Shown: one piece after another, positions 46,841 to 57,841 of the stretch
Numbering within the stretch: the stretch's first letter is position 1
Layout: every line of letters starts with the position of its first letter
Source: Chloroflexota bacterium
Lineage (GTDB): Bacteria > Chloroflexota > Dehalococcoidia > UBA2979
Reading direction: 5' to 3'
DNA length: 64,000 nt
NCBI GenBank assembly: GCA_947499615.1
Contig: CANMOP010000004.1
Span: forward strand, 38,501-102,500
Position numbers and translations under genes: made by a program
The notes under the pieces: generated by a model
The model's input: the letters and a program-made list of their open reading frames with translations, nothing else
Told to the model about the DNA's origin: nothing
The model's database searches: none

Positions 46841-47890
46841 ATGATGCTACGCCCACCGCTGCTGTGGCTGGTCGCGGCGATCCTCGGCGCAGCGCTGCTC
46901 GCGGCGTGCAGTGCACGGCGGGCCGTCGAATCGCCGCCCGCGACCCCGTCCGATGCTCCCCGTGCCGCTACACCGCGCTCCGAGCCCACTCGCCTGCCGA
47001 CCCGCAGCGGAGAGGCCGTCACGCCGCCCGTTGGCGCACAGCCCTCGACGACGTCCGACACCACACGCGCCGCCTCACCTCGCTCCGAGCCATCGGCGCG
47101 CATTGACCTCACTCGCCTGCCCATCGGCGACGGGCGCGTGACGTCGTCGGCCCAGATCGGCAGCGTGTTCTCGTGCCAGCGCCAGTTCGGGGGAGGTGGG
47201 GCGTTCCGCGACGGTCCTTGGATTCGCAGCGACGGCACGTTCGACCTCACGGCCAAGATCGCGGTCAGCGGTACGGTGGGCCTCACACGTCAGTTCCAGC
47301 TGAGCATCAGCGGTGAGACGCGTGCGATCACCGGGAACGGGTTGCCATCCCACCCGGTCGGCACCTTCCCGGTCGCCCCGTCGGATCCGACGTACCAATA
47401 CGACCGGAACACGAACACCATCCGCGCGCAGGCCATCAGCCAATCGATCGCCGCGCGCCCGACGACGGCCGTCCAACCATCGTGCTTGCCGATGGGTGCG
47501 ATTGGCGTGACGCTGAACGGCGTGGTGTTCTTCAATGCGCTCGACGCGCTCGGACGGGACGCCGTCGCGCATGAAATCCTCGACGGGTGCGGAGGACACC
47601 CGGAGCGCAGCGGGCAGTACCACTACCACGACCAGGCGAGGTGCATCGATGACACGGGTAGCGGGCACTCGCCGCTGATCGGCTACGCGCTCGATGGCTT
47701 CGGATTGTTCGGACATCGAGGGGAGAACGGCAACGCCGTGGTGAACGCTGACCTCGACGCCTGCCACGGCCACACACACGCCATCGACTGGGACGGCGTG
47801 ACAACGGTGCTCTACCACTACCACGCCACGTATGAGTACCCGTACACGCTCGGTTGCTATCGCGGCACTCCGGCGCGCCGCGGTCCCTAG
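46841..47890 (+). CDS. YHYH-domain lipoprotein
   Basis: Lipobox LLAAC, Pro/Thr/Ser linker, IGV.LNGV, D.CGGH...YHYH, GYALDGF and a second YHYH. Confidence 0.85.
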   Translation: MMLRPPLLWLVAAILGAALLAACSARRAVESPPATPSDAPRAATPRSEPTRLPTRSGEAVTPPVGAQPSTTSDTTRAASPRSEPSARIDLTRLPIGDGRVTSSAQIGSVFSCQRQFGGGGAFRDGPWIRSDGTFDLTAKIAVSGTVGLTRQFQLSISGETRAITGNGLPSHPVGTFPVAPSDPTYQYDRNTNTIRAQAISQSIAARPTTAVQPSCLPMGAIGVTLNGVVFFNALDALGRDAVAHEILDGCGGHPERSGQYHYHDQARCIDDTGSGHSPLIGYALDGFGLFGHRGENGNAVVNADLDACHGHTHAIDWDGVTTVLYHYHATYEYPYTLGCYRGTPARRGP

Positions 47891-48435
47891 CCGCCGCTGC
47901 GCCCGAACCACCGCCCGAGGCGTGCCAGCGCGCTCTCACTGGGAGCCGCGATCGCGCTCTCGCCGCCCAACAGCCGCGCCTCTATCGTCGCGACGAGCGT
48001 CACAATCGGCGATGGGCCGGTCGTACCGAAGCCGCGCGCGACCTCGTCGGCGGTGACCGTCGCCAGAAGGTCGGCGGGCGGCGTGCGCGGCTTGTCCAAG
48101 GCGGCACGCACGACCTCGACGGCCGGGAAGCCGGTGGCCTCGACACCTTCGGCGAGCAGCAGCACCGCGCGCGGGTCGAGTGACCGCACGAGCGTGCTCA
48201 GCGCCGCGAGGTCGGGCGGGCGCTCGATGGTGACACGCGCGCCAGTGGAGAGTGTGAGCACCGTGGCCGCGTCACCTCGTGGTGCGCAGTTCGCGACGAA
48301 GTAGCCACGCTCACGCATCGCTTCGGTGAGTGCGGCGATCAGCAGCGTCTTGCCGACGCCCGCCGCGCCGACGATCCGCAGCACCGGCAGGGGAGCCGCG
48401 GCGGCCCGAGCGCCCCCGCCCGCTGGCCCCATCAT
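47887..48435 (-). CDS. mobB: MobB-like P-loop protein
   Basis: IVGAAGVGKTLLI..L...GY.V and L.EG; overlaps the moeA stop. Confidence 0.65.
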   Translation of the reverse strand: MMGPAGGGARAAAAPLPVLRIVGAAGVGKTLLIAALTEAMRERGYFVANCAPRGDAATVLTLSTGARVTIERPPDLAALSTLVRSLDPRAVLLLAEGVEATGFPAVEVVRAALDKPRTPPADLLATVTADEVARGFGTTGPSPIVTLVATIEARLLGGESAIAAPSESALARLGRWFGRSGG

Positions 48436-49745
48436 CGATGTGCCGCGAGCGCCTCGTCGAGCAGGATGACGTCGCATTGCTCGCCAGCCTCGATGGCATC
48501 GACGCCCTCCGGGCAGATCGCGTAGCCGTTCGCCAGCGCCATCGAGGTGAGCACGCCGGAGCCCTGCGGCCCAGTGAGACTAGCGACATAACCATTACCA
48601 TCAAACCTAACAATAGCGCGCGCATAGAAGCGGCGACCATCACCGCTGCGGATACGCTCGGCAGCGCGGGCCCGCACGATCGGGCGAAGCCAGCCGTCGG
48701 GATTGCCGAGCATCGCGTACAGCGCAGCGCGTCCGAACAGTTCGAAGGTCATCAGCGCCGAGACCGGGTTGCCCGGCAGCCCGAGGTGGGGGACGACGCG
48801 TCCGTTAGCCTGGAACGTCCCGAACGCGAGCGGCTTACCAGGGCGCATCCGCACCGTCCAGAAGCCGACCTCGCCCTCCCGCGCCAGCACTTCTTTCACC
48901 ACGTCGAAGTCGCCGCGGGAGACTCCCGCCGAGGTGATGAGCAGGTCAGCGTCCTCCAGAGCCTCGTGGATGCGGGCGGTCAGCGCCTCGACGGTGTCGC
49001 GGGCGACGTCCAGCACGTGCGGGATGCCACCACAGGCGCGCACCGCGGCGGCGAGGCTGAAGGCGTTGGCGTCGTAGATCTTGCCGGGGGTCAGCGGCTC
49101 GCCGGGGCGCAGCAGCTCGTCGCCGGTGGAGAGCACAGCGACGCGCGGACGTCGATGCACCGGCGCGCGGTCGAGACCGAGCGAGCCGAGCACGCCCACC
49201 TGCGCGACCCCGAGCACGGTGCCCTTCGGCAGCACCACCTCGCCGGTGCGCACGTCCTCGGCGACCTCGCGAATGTTGGCGCGCGGCCCCGCGGCGACGT
49301 CGATGCGCACGCTGTCGCGCGAGGTCTCCTGCCAGCGGACGCGCTGCTCCTCCTCGTCAGTCTCCTCGAACGGCACGACGGCGTCGGCACCATCGGGGAT
49401 CGGCGCGCCGGTCATGATGCGCACCGCCTCGCCCGGACCGACGGCACCATCGAACGTGCCGCCGGCCGCGAGGTAGCCGATCACGCGCAGCGTGCGAGGT
49501 GTGGCGCTCGTCGCGCCGACGGTGTCAGCAGCGCGCACGGCGTAGCCGTCCATCGAGGTGTTGGCCATCGGCGGGATGTTGAACGTCGCGACCACGTCCT
49601 CGGACAGCACCTGGCCCACGGCCTCCAGCAGCGGCACGTACTCCGTCGGCAGTGGCGCGAAGCGGGCGAGGATGCGGGCCCGCGCCTCCTCCACCGAGAT
49701 CATGTCGGTCGGCAGGATGGAGCGCGGCTCCTCGGTTGTCGTCAT
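48432..49745 (-). CDS. moeA: Molybdopterin molybdenumtransferase MoeA
   Basis: SMDGYA, RIMTGAP.P.GADAVV, STGDEL, PGKP and LPGNP motifs. Confidence 0.96.
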   Translation of the reverse strand: MTTTEEPRSILPTDMISVEEARARILARFAPLPTEYVPLLEAVGQVLSEDVVATFNIPPMANTSMDGYAVRAADTVGATSATPRTLRVIGYLAAGGTFDGAVGPGEAVRIMTGAPIPDGADAVVPFEETDEEEQRVRWQETSRDSVRIDVAAGPRANIREVAEDVRTGEVVLPKGTVLGVAQVGVLGSLGLDRAPVHRRPRVAVLSTGDELLRPGEPLTPGKIYDANAFSLAAAVRACGGIPHVLDVARDTVEALTARIHEALEDADLLITSAGVSRGDFDVVKEVLAREGEVGFWTVRMRPGKPLAFGTFQANGRVVPHLGLPGNPVSALMTFELFGRAALYAMLGNPDGWLRPIVRARAAERIRSGDGRRFYARAIVRFDGNGYVASLTGPQGSGVLTSMALANGYAICPEGVDAIEAGEQCDVILLDEALAAHR

Positions 49746-49786
49746 CGTGGTTCCATTCTTCGCGTCAGTGACTCAGCCCAGTCCGA

Positions 49787-50038
49787 TCAACCCAGCATCA
49801 CCGAGAGGCATGTCGTGGTGCGCTGCACGCCGGGAACCTGCTGAATGTCCTCCGTGATGCACCTGCCGAGCAGGTCGATGTCGTCCGCCTCCAGTTGCAC
49901 GATCACGTCGTACGGCCCGGTGACGGTGTCGACGGCCAGCACGCGCGCGGCATCAGGCCGCAGATCGCGCATGGCGCGGCCGACCGCTTGCGTCCGCCCG
50001 ACCTCGGTTTCCACCAGGATGTAGCCGCGAATCGCCAT
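49787..50038 (-). CDS. Stand-alone Lrp/AsnC ligand-binding-domain protein
   Basis: YILV...G....V, VTGPYDVI and I..VPGV..T.T pattern; no HTH. Confidence 0.85.
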   Translation of the reverse strand: MAIRGYILVETEVGRTQAVGRAMRDLRPDAARVLAVDTVTGPYDVIVQLEADDIDLLGRCITEDIQQVPGVQRTTTCLSVMLG

Positions 50039-50101
50039 CGTCTGTGCGCTCCTTCAGGGTCGAGGCACGTCGAATCACATCGAGGTGCGTCGCACCGATT
50101 G

Positions 50102-50127
50102 TAGCGGAGGGCGGTGGGAATCGAACC
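50102..50127 (-). other. tRNA-Sec-like 3' fragment (possible att relic)
   Basis: Minus strand reads GGTTCGATTCCCACCGCCCTCCGCTA: T-loop + 5 + 8 nt + G. Confidence 0.4.
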
Positions 50128-50151
50128 GGTGCGCGGCCGGGGGCCAAGGGC

Positions 50152-50970
50152 CTATCGCGTCGCCGTCACCACCCAGGAGGCAGTGGGGCAGTCGTACGTG
50201 CCCTCGGCGGTGCGGTAGCGGGCCAGCGACTTCGTCACCTCCGCGACGTACGAGGCGCGCTCGGCGGCGTCGAGCGCGGCGAATGCGGGGGCCACTGGCA
50301 GCGTGGTGACCTGTCCGGCCGCGAAGTGCTCCATCGGCGGGAACAGCAGGCGCACGACCACCTGCTCGGCGGTGGCATCCTCGAAGCCCGCCGCCGTCAG
50401 CGCATCGCAGACACGCATCGGGTCGAGGCGGAACGCGCCTGCGAGCCCGTCAACGGCCGGCCCGAGGCGGCGGCGCAGCCCAGCGATCTGCACCTGAAAG
50501 TAGGTCTGCTCCCCCAGCTCCGCCCAGAACGAGACGGCAAGCCTCGCACCCGGCGCGGCGACCCGCGCCATCTCCGAGGCGGCCAACCCCAGGTCCGGGA
50601 AGAACTGGATGCCCTGCTGGCAGAGCACGACGTCAAACTCGCCGTCCGCGCACGGCAGCGCCAGCGCCGAGCCCTCGCGCCACTCGATCGGTGCGACCGA
50701 TGCGCCGGTCGGGTCGCCGAGGCTCCGCGCAACCGCGAGCATGCCCGGATTGAGGTCCAGCCCCACGACGCGCCCCTCGGCACCGGCCTGCATCGCAGCC
50801 CGCCGCGTCACCAGCCCAGTGCCGCACGCGAGATCGAGCACGGCGTCGCCCGGCCGGATCCCCACGCGCGCAATCACCGCCTCCACGAACGGGGCCATGA
50901 TCAGCGGGTTGTAGTCCTGGTACGCCTGCGCGGCCGCCGCTGCGATCTGGAATCCGGACTGCTCGACCAT
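50152..50970 (-). CDS. Class I SAM-dependent methyltransferase (UbiE-like)
   Basis: VLDLACGTG, GLDLNPGML and FDVVLCQQG..FFPD motifs; GAGGAG RBS. Confidence 0.9.
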   Translation of the reverse strand: MVEQSGFQIAAAAAQAYQDYNPLIMAPFVEAVIARVGIRPGDAVLDLACGTGLVTRRAAMQAGAEGRVVGLDLNPGMLAVARSLGDPTGASVAPIEWREGSALALPCADGEFDVVLCQQGIQFFPDLGLAASEMARVAAPGARLAVSFWAELGEQTYFQVQIAGLRRRLGPAVDGLAGAFRLDPMRVCDALTAAGFEDATAEQVVVRLLFPPMEHFAAGQVTTLPVAPAFAALDAAERASYVAEVTKSLARYRTAEGTYDCPTASWVVTATR

Positions 50971-51267
50971 GTGGTGTGCTCCTCGAGGCTGTGTGTCGTT
51001 GTCGGCCGCGAGTATGGCACGGGAGCGTGCTAAGGCACGGTTGGCGGGCGCGCTCGACCTTGGCGCCGCGGGCGAGGGAGGGATCAGCGCGTAGAGCCGC
51101 GAGCCGCCGCTGCTCTCGCACGAGCCTGAGCTAAGGCGATTACCACGAGCAAGCTGTGTGGGCGGGTGCGAAGGTAAAGGAAGATACACTCGACACGCGC
51201 CCTGCATCGGCAGAGAATTACGAATACAGGGTGCACATGCGCCGGCGGGCGAGCCCGGGAGGTAGCG

Positions 51268-52363
51268 ATGAGGCAGTTGAGCCGTTGGCAGTGGGCGTGG
51301 AAGAGCAGGGTGGGGCTGGGCGGTGCTTGCCGTGGCCATTACCGGGCTCTTGGCGGTCTCGGTCGTGCAGGCGGCGGGGGTGTTTCAGGATCGGCAGACG
51401 CGCCCGATCCTCCTCGGCACCTCGGGGGGCAACATCAATGCCTTTTCCGGGCTGTTCTGCTCGAGCGGGACGCTTGGTGCGCTCGTCCAGAAGGGCGGCA
51501 GCCAGTACATCCTCAGCAACAACCACGTGCTGGCGCGCGAGAATAAGGCGAAGATCGGCGACGACATCACCCAACCGGGCCTGATCGACACCTCTCCTGT
51601 CTGCCAGAAGGAGCCCTTAGACGTCGTTGCTGATGTCACCGCGTTTGTGACCCTGCAGTTCGGAAAGCGGACGACCGCAGCGGACGCCGCCATTACGCTG
51701 GTACGCTCTGGCCAAGTGAATGCGGACGGCGCAATCCTCGCGCTCGGCGCCGACGGGAGCCCAGGTACCGTGAGCAACATCGTCTCCTCCGACACGTTGG
51801 GCTGCGCGGTGCAGAAGAGCGGGCGCACCACTGGCCACACCACAGGCTCGATCTCGGCGGTGGATGCGACAGTCATCGTGAAGTACTCGGGCGGCCGGGC
51901 AACGTTCACCAACCAGTTCTTCGTCACCCCGTCCAGCTTCAGCGCGGGCGGCGACTCCGGCTCGCTGATCGTGCGCGACGGTGGGCCGAATCCGCGGCCG
52001 GTCGGGCTGCTGTTCGCAGGCAATGGCACCTCGACAATCGCGAACCCGATCCAGGACGTGCTGACGGCGCTGGGAGTGAGCATGGTTGGCAGTGACGATG
52101 GCAACACCTCAGGCGACTGCCCACCAGCGTCCCAAGCCACGCAGACGGCGGTTGCAACCGGCCGCGCGGCGAAGGCTAAGCACGTCGATGCGCTGATGAA
52201 CCTCCCGGAGGTGGTCGGCGTCGCGGTCGGCGCGGATGGCGCGGATGGCGCGGTGGAGGTCTACCTCGAGCGCGACAATGCCTCGACCCGCCAGCAGGTT
52301 CCGGCCGCGCTGGACGGCGTCCCGGTGCGGGTACAGGTCACGGGGGCCTTCGAGGCGCGGTAG
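51268..52363 (+). CDS. Secreted trypsin-like (Nal1-type) serine protease; signal peptide apparently split by a +1 frameshift
   Basis: GTLG, LSNNHV (His), DAA (Asp), KSGRTTG.T.G and GDSGS (Ser); the ATG at 51268 with GGAGG is out of frame with the 51323-52363 ORF. Confidence 0.75.
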
Positions 52364-52386
52364 CCCCTCGGATGGTGCGAGCAAGC

Positions 52387-52414
52387 GAAGCGCCGGGTTG
52401 CAGCCCGGCGCTTC
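52387..52414. terminator. Hairpin (terminator or REP-like)
   Basis: GAAGCGCCGGGT-TGCA-GCCCGGCGCTTC, located just after the protease stop. Confidence 0.55.
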
Positions 52415-52472
52415 TGCGTGTGGGAGGGTGGCGAAGATGAGCCTGCGCCGATCCCCCGCTACACTCCCTCTC

Positions 52473-53522
52473 ATGACCACTGACGCCATCACCACCATCG
52501 CCGACGAGGCACGCGCCGGGCTGCAGGCTGCGGGGGACGAGGCCGCGCTCGAGGCGTGGCGGACCGCCACGCTCGGGCGGAGCGGTGCGCTCACCTCGGT
52601 TCTGCGCAGCCTTGGCACGCTCGCACCGGAGGAGCGTCGCGCCGTCGGCCAGGCGGCGAATGTGCTGCGCGACGAGTTGGAGGCGGCGTTCGAGGTGCGG
52701 CGCGAGACGCTGCGGGCGGCGGCGCTGCACGCCTCGGTGGCGGCGGGCGCCATCGACGTCACGCTGCCGGGTCGGCCGCAGCCGCGCGGTGGGCTGCACC
52801 CGGTGACGATCACACTGCGCGAGATCCTCGCGGCGTTCACGCGCATGGGCTTCGATAGCGTCGAGGGCCCCGAGGTGGAGCTGGACGAGTACAACTTCGA
52901 GCGGCTGCGTATCCCGGAGGACCACCCGGCGCGCGACATGTGGGACACCTTCTGGCTCAACCCGGCCACGGCTGGTGAGCGCGCCTCGACGCTCCTTCGC
53001 ACGCACACCTCGCCGATGCAGATCCGCTACATGGAGACGCACACGCCGCCGATCCGCATCGCGGTGCCCGGCCGCTGCTACCGCTACGAGGCGACCGACG
53101 CCACCCACGAGTGGATGCTGACGCAGGTGGAACTGCTCGTCATCGACGAGGGCATCGGGATGGCGGACCTCAAGGGGACGTTGCAGGAGTTCGCGCGCCA
53201 GCTGTTCGGGCCGGACACGCGCGTGTTGCTGCGCAACTCGTACTTCCCCTTCGTCGAGCCGGGCGTGGAGCTCGCCGTCTCCTGCTTCGCCTGCCCCGGC
53301 ACCGACCCCGCGTGCTCGGTCTGTCGAGGTTCCGGCTGGCTGGAGATCATGGGCGCGGGCATGGTGCACCCGGAGATCATCGAGGCTGCGGGCTACGACT
53401 CCACGCGCTACACCGGCTTCGCGGCGGGGATGGGCGCGGAACGCATCGCGATGCTGAAGTACGGCATCACCGACATCCGCCACTTCTACCAGAACGACCT
53501 CCGCTTCCTCGGCCAGTTCTGA
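52473..53522 (+). CDS. pheS: Phenylalanine-tRNA ligase alpha subunit
   Basis: HPARDMWDTF, LRTHTSPMQ, YFPFVEP and FAAGMGAERIAML motifs. Confidence 0.97.
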   Translation: MTTDAITTIADEARAGLQAAGDEAALEAWRTATLGRSGALTSVLRSLGTLAPEERRAVGQAANVLRDELEAAFEVRRETLRAAALHASVAAGAIDVTLPGRPQPRGGLHPVTITLREILAAFTRMGFDSVEGPEVELDEYNFERLRIPEDHPARDMWDTFWLNPATAGERASTLLRTHTSPMQIRYMETHTPPIRIAVPGRCYRYEATDATHEWMLTQVELLVIDEGIGMADLKGTLQEFARQLFGPDTRVLLRNSYFPFVEPGVELAVSCFACPGTDPACSVCRGSGWLEIMGAGMVHPEIIEAAGYDSTRYTGFAAGMGAERIAMLKYGITDIRHFYQNDLRFLGQF

Positions 53523-53575
53523 CCGCCAGCGGTCTCTTACGGTTTCGGACGCGCTCCGCGCAGCGCGTCTGTGGT

Positions 53576-53628
53576 CCCAGCCCCTCTCCCCTCGCCCCGT
53601 CGGCGGGGAGATGGGCTGGGGGTGAGGG
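53576..53628. repeat. REP-like palindromic element between pheS and pheT
   Basis: CCCAGCCCCTCTCCCC...GGGGAGATGGGCTGGGGGTGAGGG, resembling CCCTCACCCC..CCTCTCCC/GGGAGAGGG-type intergenic repeats. Confidence 0.55.
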
Positions 53629-53683
53629 CTCCGCGTCCCTCCCCCCGCGTGAGGCCAAGCGCGACACGCGGTAGCATGACAGC

Positions 53684-56122
<2,439 letters not shown>

Positions 56123-56132
56123 GGGTCGAGCG

Positions 56133-56387
56133 ATGGCCATCTACACCGTCGTGCTCGTCCCCGATCGCGACAAGGGCGGCTACTCGGTCTCCGTTCCCGC
56201 GCTACCCGGCCTGCTGACACAGGGTGACACGCGGGAAGAGGCGCTAGACGCCGCCTGTGAAGCGATTGCGTTCCACCTCGAATGCCTCGCAGAAGAGGGC
56301 ACGCCGATCCCGAGCGATGACAGTGTCGTCGGCGATCCCGCCGGAGTTGGTGTCCTCATCGAGTTGATCGAGGTGCCATCGACCTAA
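56133..56387 (+). CDS. HicB-like antitoxin (UPF0150), orphan
   Basis: Y.V....D...GGY.V.VP.LPG..TQG.T.EEA....EAI...L......G..IP pattern. Confidence 0.85.
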   Translation: MAIYTVVLVPDRDKGGYSVSVPALPGLLTQGDTREEALDAACEAIAFHLECLAEEGTPIPSDDSVVGDPAGVGVLIELIEVPST

Positions 56388-56423
56388 TCCAGCCGCAGGG
56401 CGCCTGGCTCACAATGACATAAC

Positions 56424-56451
56424 AAGAAGGCGGCCGTGAGGCCGCCTTCTT
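56424..56451. terminator. Bidirectional intrinsic terminator
   Basis: AAGAAGGCGGCC-GTGA-GGCCGCCTTCTT between convergent hicB and rplT. Confidence 0.75.
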
Positions 56452-56480
56452 CGCGTACAAACGAATGCCGAGGTCGATCG

Positions 56481-56849
56481 CTACGCAGCGACGGCGGCGA
56501 GAGCGGCCTTGGCCTGCTCGGCGACGCGGGCGAAACTGGCGGGCTCGCGGACGGCGAGGTCGGCGAGGGCCTTGCGGTCCAGCTCGATGCCGGCCTTCGA
56601 CAGGCCGTTGATCATGCGTCCGTAGGTGAGGCCGTGCAGCCGGGCGGCGGCGTTGATGCGAATGATCCACAGGCGGCGGAAGTCGCCCTTGCGGTCCTTG
56701 CGGTGGTCCGTGGAGTACCGCAGGGCGTGCATGACCGACTCATGCGCGACCTTATAGTTTGTGTGGCGCTTGCCCCGATGGCCCGCAGCCAGGTTGAGGA
56801 TCTTCTTGTGGCGGGCGTGCGCGGTAACTCGGCTGCGTACTCGGGACAT
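56481..56849 (-). CDS. rplT: 50S ribosomal protein L20
   Basis: MSRV..., [13 protein letters not shown] and DRKALADLA motifs. Confidence 0.96.
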   Translation of the reverse strand: MSRVRSRVTAHARHKKILNLAAGHRGKRHTNYKVAHESVMHALRYSTDHRKDRKGDFRRLWIIRINAAARLHGLTYGRMINGLSKAGIELDRKALADLAVREPASFARVAEQAKAALAAVAA

Positions 56850-56890
56850 GGGGAACCTCGATCGCTACGTGCTGGGTTGTGGCCGGCGCG

Positions 56891-57094
56891 CTAGATGCGC
56901 GCGTATGGGAGCAGTCGACGCAGGCGATCCGCGTGGACGTGGGAGACGATCTCCATGCCACGGATCGCGTAGTGCTGCGACGGGCCCTTCTTCATCCGCT
57001 TATTGTTGCGGTGGTGGGCCATCATCATCACCTTGCCCGTGCCGGTGATCTTCACCCGCTTGGCGGTGCCCTTGTGGGTCTTCATCTTCGGCAT
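56891..57094 (-). CDS. rpmI: 50S ribosomal protein L35
   Basis: MPKMKTHKGTAKR.K.TGTGK ... LLPY. Confidence 0.95.
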   Translation of the reverse strand: MPKMKTHKGTAKRVKITGTGKVMMMAHHRNNKRMKKGPSQHYAIRGMEIVSHVHADRLRRLLPYARI

Positions 57095-57110
57095 CGTGTG
57101 AGCCGCCTCC

Positions 57111-57734
57111 TCAGGCGGTAGCGGTCTCTGCATCAGGCTCAATCGCGGCTTCCGTAGCCTCCGAGGAGGACACGGTCGACGCGGCTGACTCTGCGGGTCG
57201 AGCACTCGCCGTAGGCGGGCGCTCACGCTTTACACCGGGCGTCACGACGATGGAGAGCATGCGGCCTTCCATGGCCGGGTTACGCTCCATCGACGAGACG
57301 TCGCGGATCTTCTCGTAGAACCGGTCGAGCAGTTCTCGACCGATCTCCGGGTGCGTGATCTCACGCGCCCGGAACATCACCGACACCTTCACCTTGTCGC
57401 CGTCGGCCAGCAGTTTGCGAGCCGTCCGCGCCTTGAAGTCGATGTCGTGGTCGTCGATCTTGACGCGCATGCGCACCTCGCGCAACTCGGAGTGCTTCGC
57501 GCCTTTGCGAGACTCCTTCTCGCGCTTCGACTGCTCGTACTTGAACTTGCCGTAGTCGAGGATGCGGCAGACCGGGGGGTCAGCCGTCGGGGCGACCTCC
57601 ACGAGGTCAAACCCGGATTCCTCGGCCAGCCGCAGCGCGTCATTGCGCGGCACGATGCCGAGTTGCTCCTCACCGCGGATCAGTCTGACCCGGGGGGCGA
57701 GGATTCGCTCGTTGATGCGCAGTTCCTTAGCGAT
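57111..57734 (-). CDS. infC: Translation initiation factor IF-3 (ATC start)
   Basis: AGGAGG RBS then ATC GCT AAG GAA CTG CGC ATC AAC GAG; DLVEVAP..PPVCRILDYGKFKY motif. Confidence 0.95.
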   Translation of the reverse strand: MAKELRINERILAPRVRLIRGEEQLGIVPRNDALRLAEESGFDLVEVAPTADPPVCRILDYGKFKYEQSKREKESRKGAKHSELREVRMRVKIDDHDIDFKARTARKLLADGDKVKVSVMFRAREITHPEIGRELLDRFYEKIRDVSSMERNPAMEGRMLSIVVTPGVKRERPPTASARPAESAASTVSSSEATEAAIEPDAETATA

Positions 57735-57841
57735 GAACGGTGCCTCCTACCAGGAGACGGCGCGATCACTGCGCCGCCAATCGACTGATTCTAGCATCCG
57801 GGCCGTTTGAGCCACAACGGACGCTCGCTCCCCGTGGCGTG

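Noticed and set aside
48573..48617. dif site or DGR variable region in the AT-rich moeA patch
   Set aside because: The TAA...TTATGT spacing does not fit dif. No template repeat or reverse transcriptase is present, and the bias is at synonymous positions.
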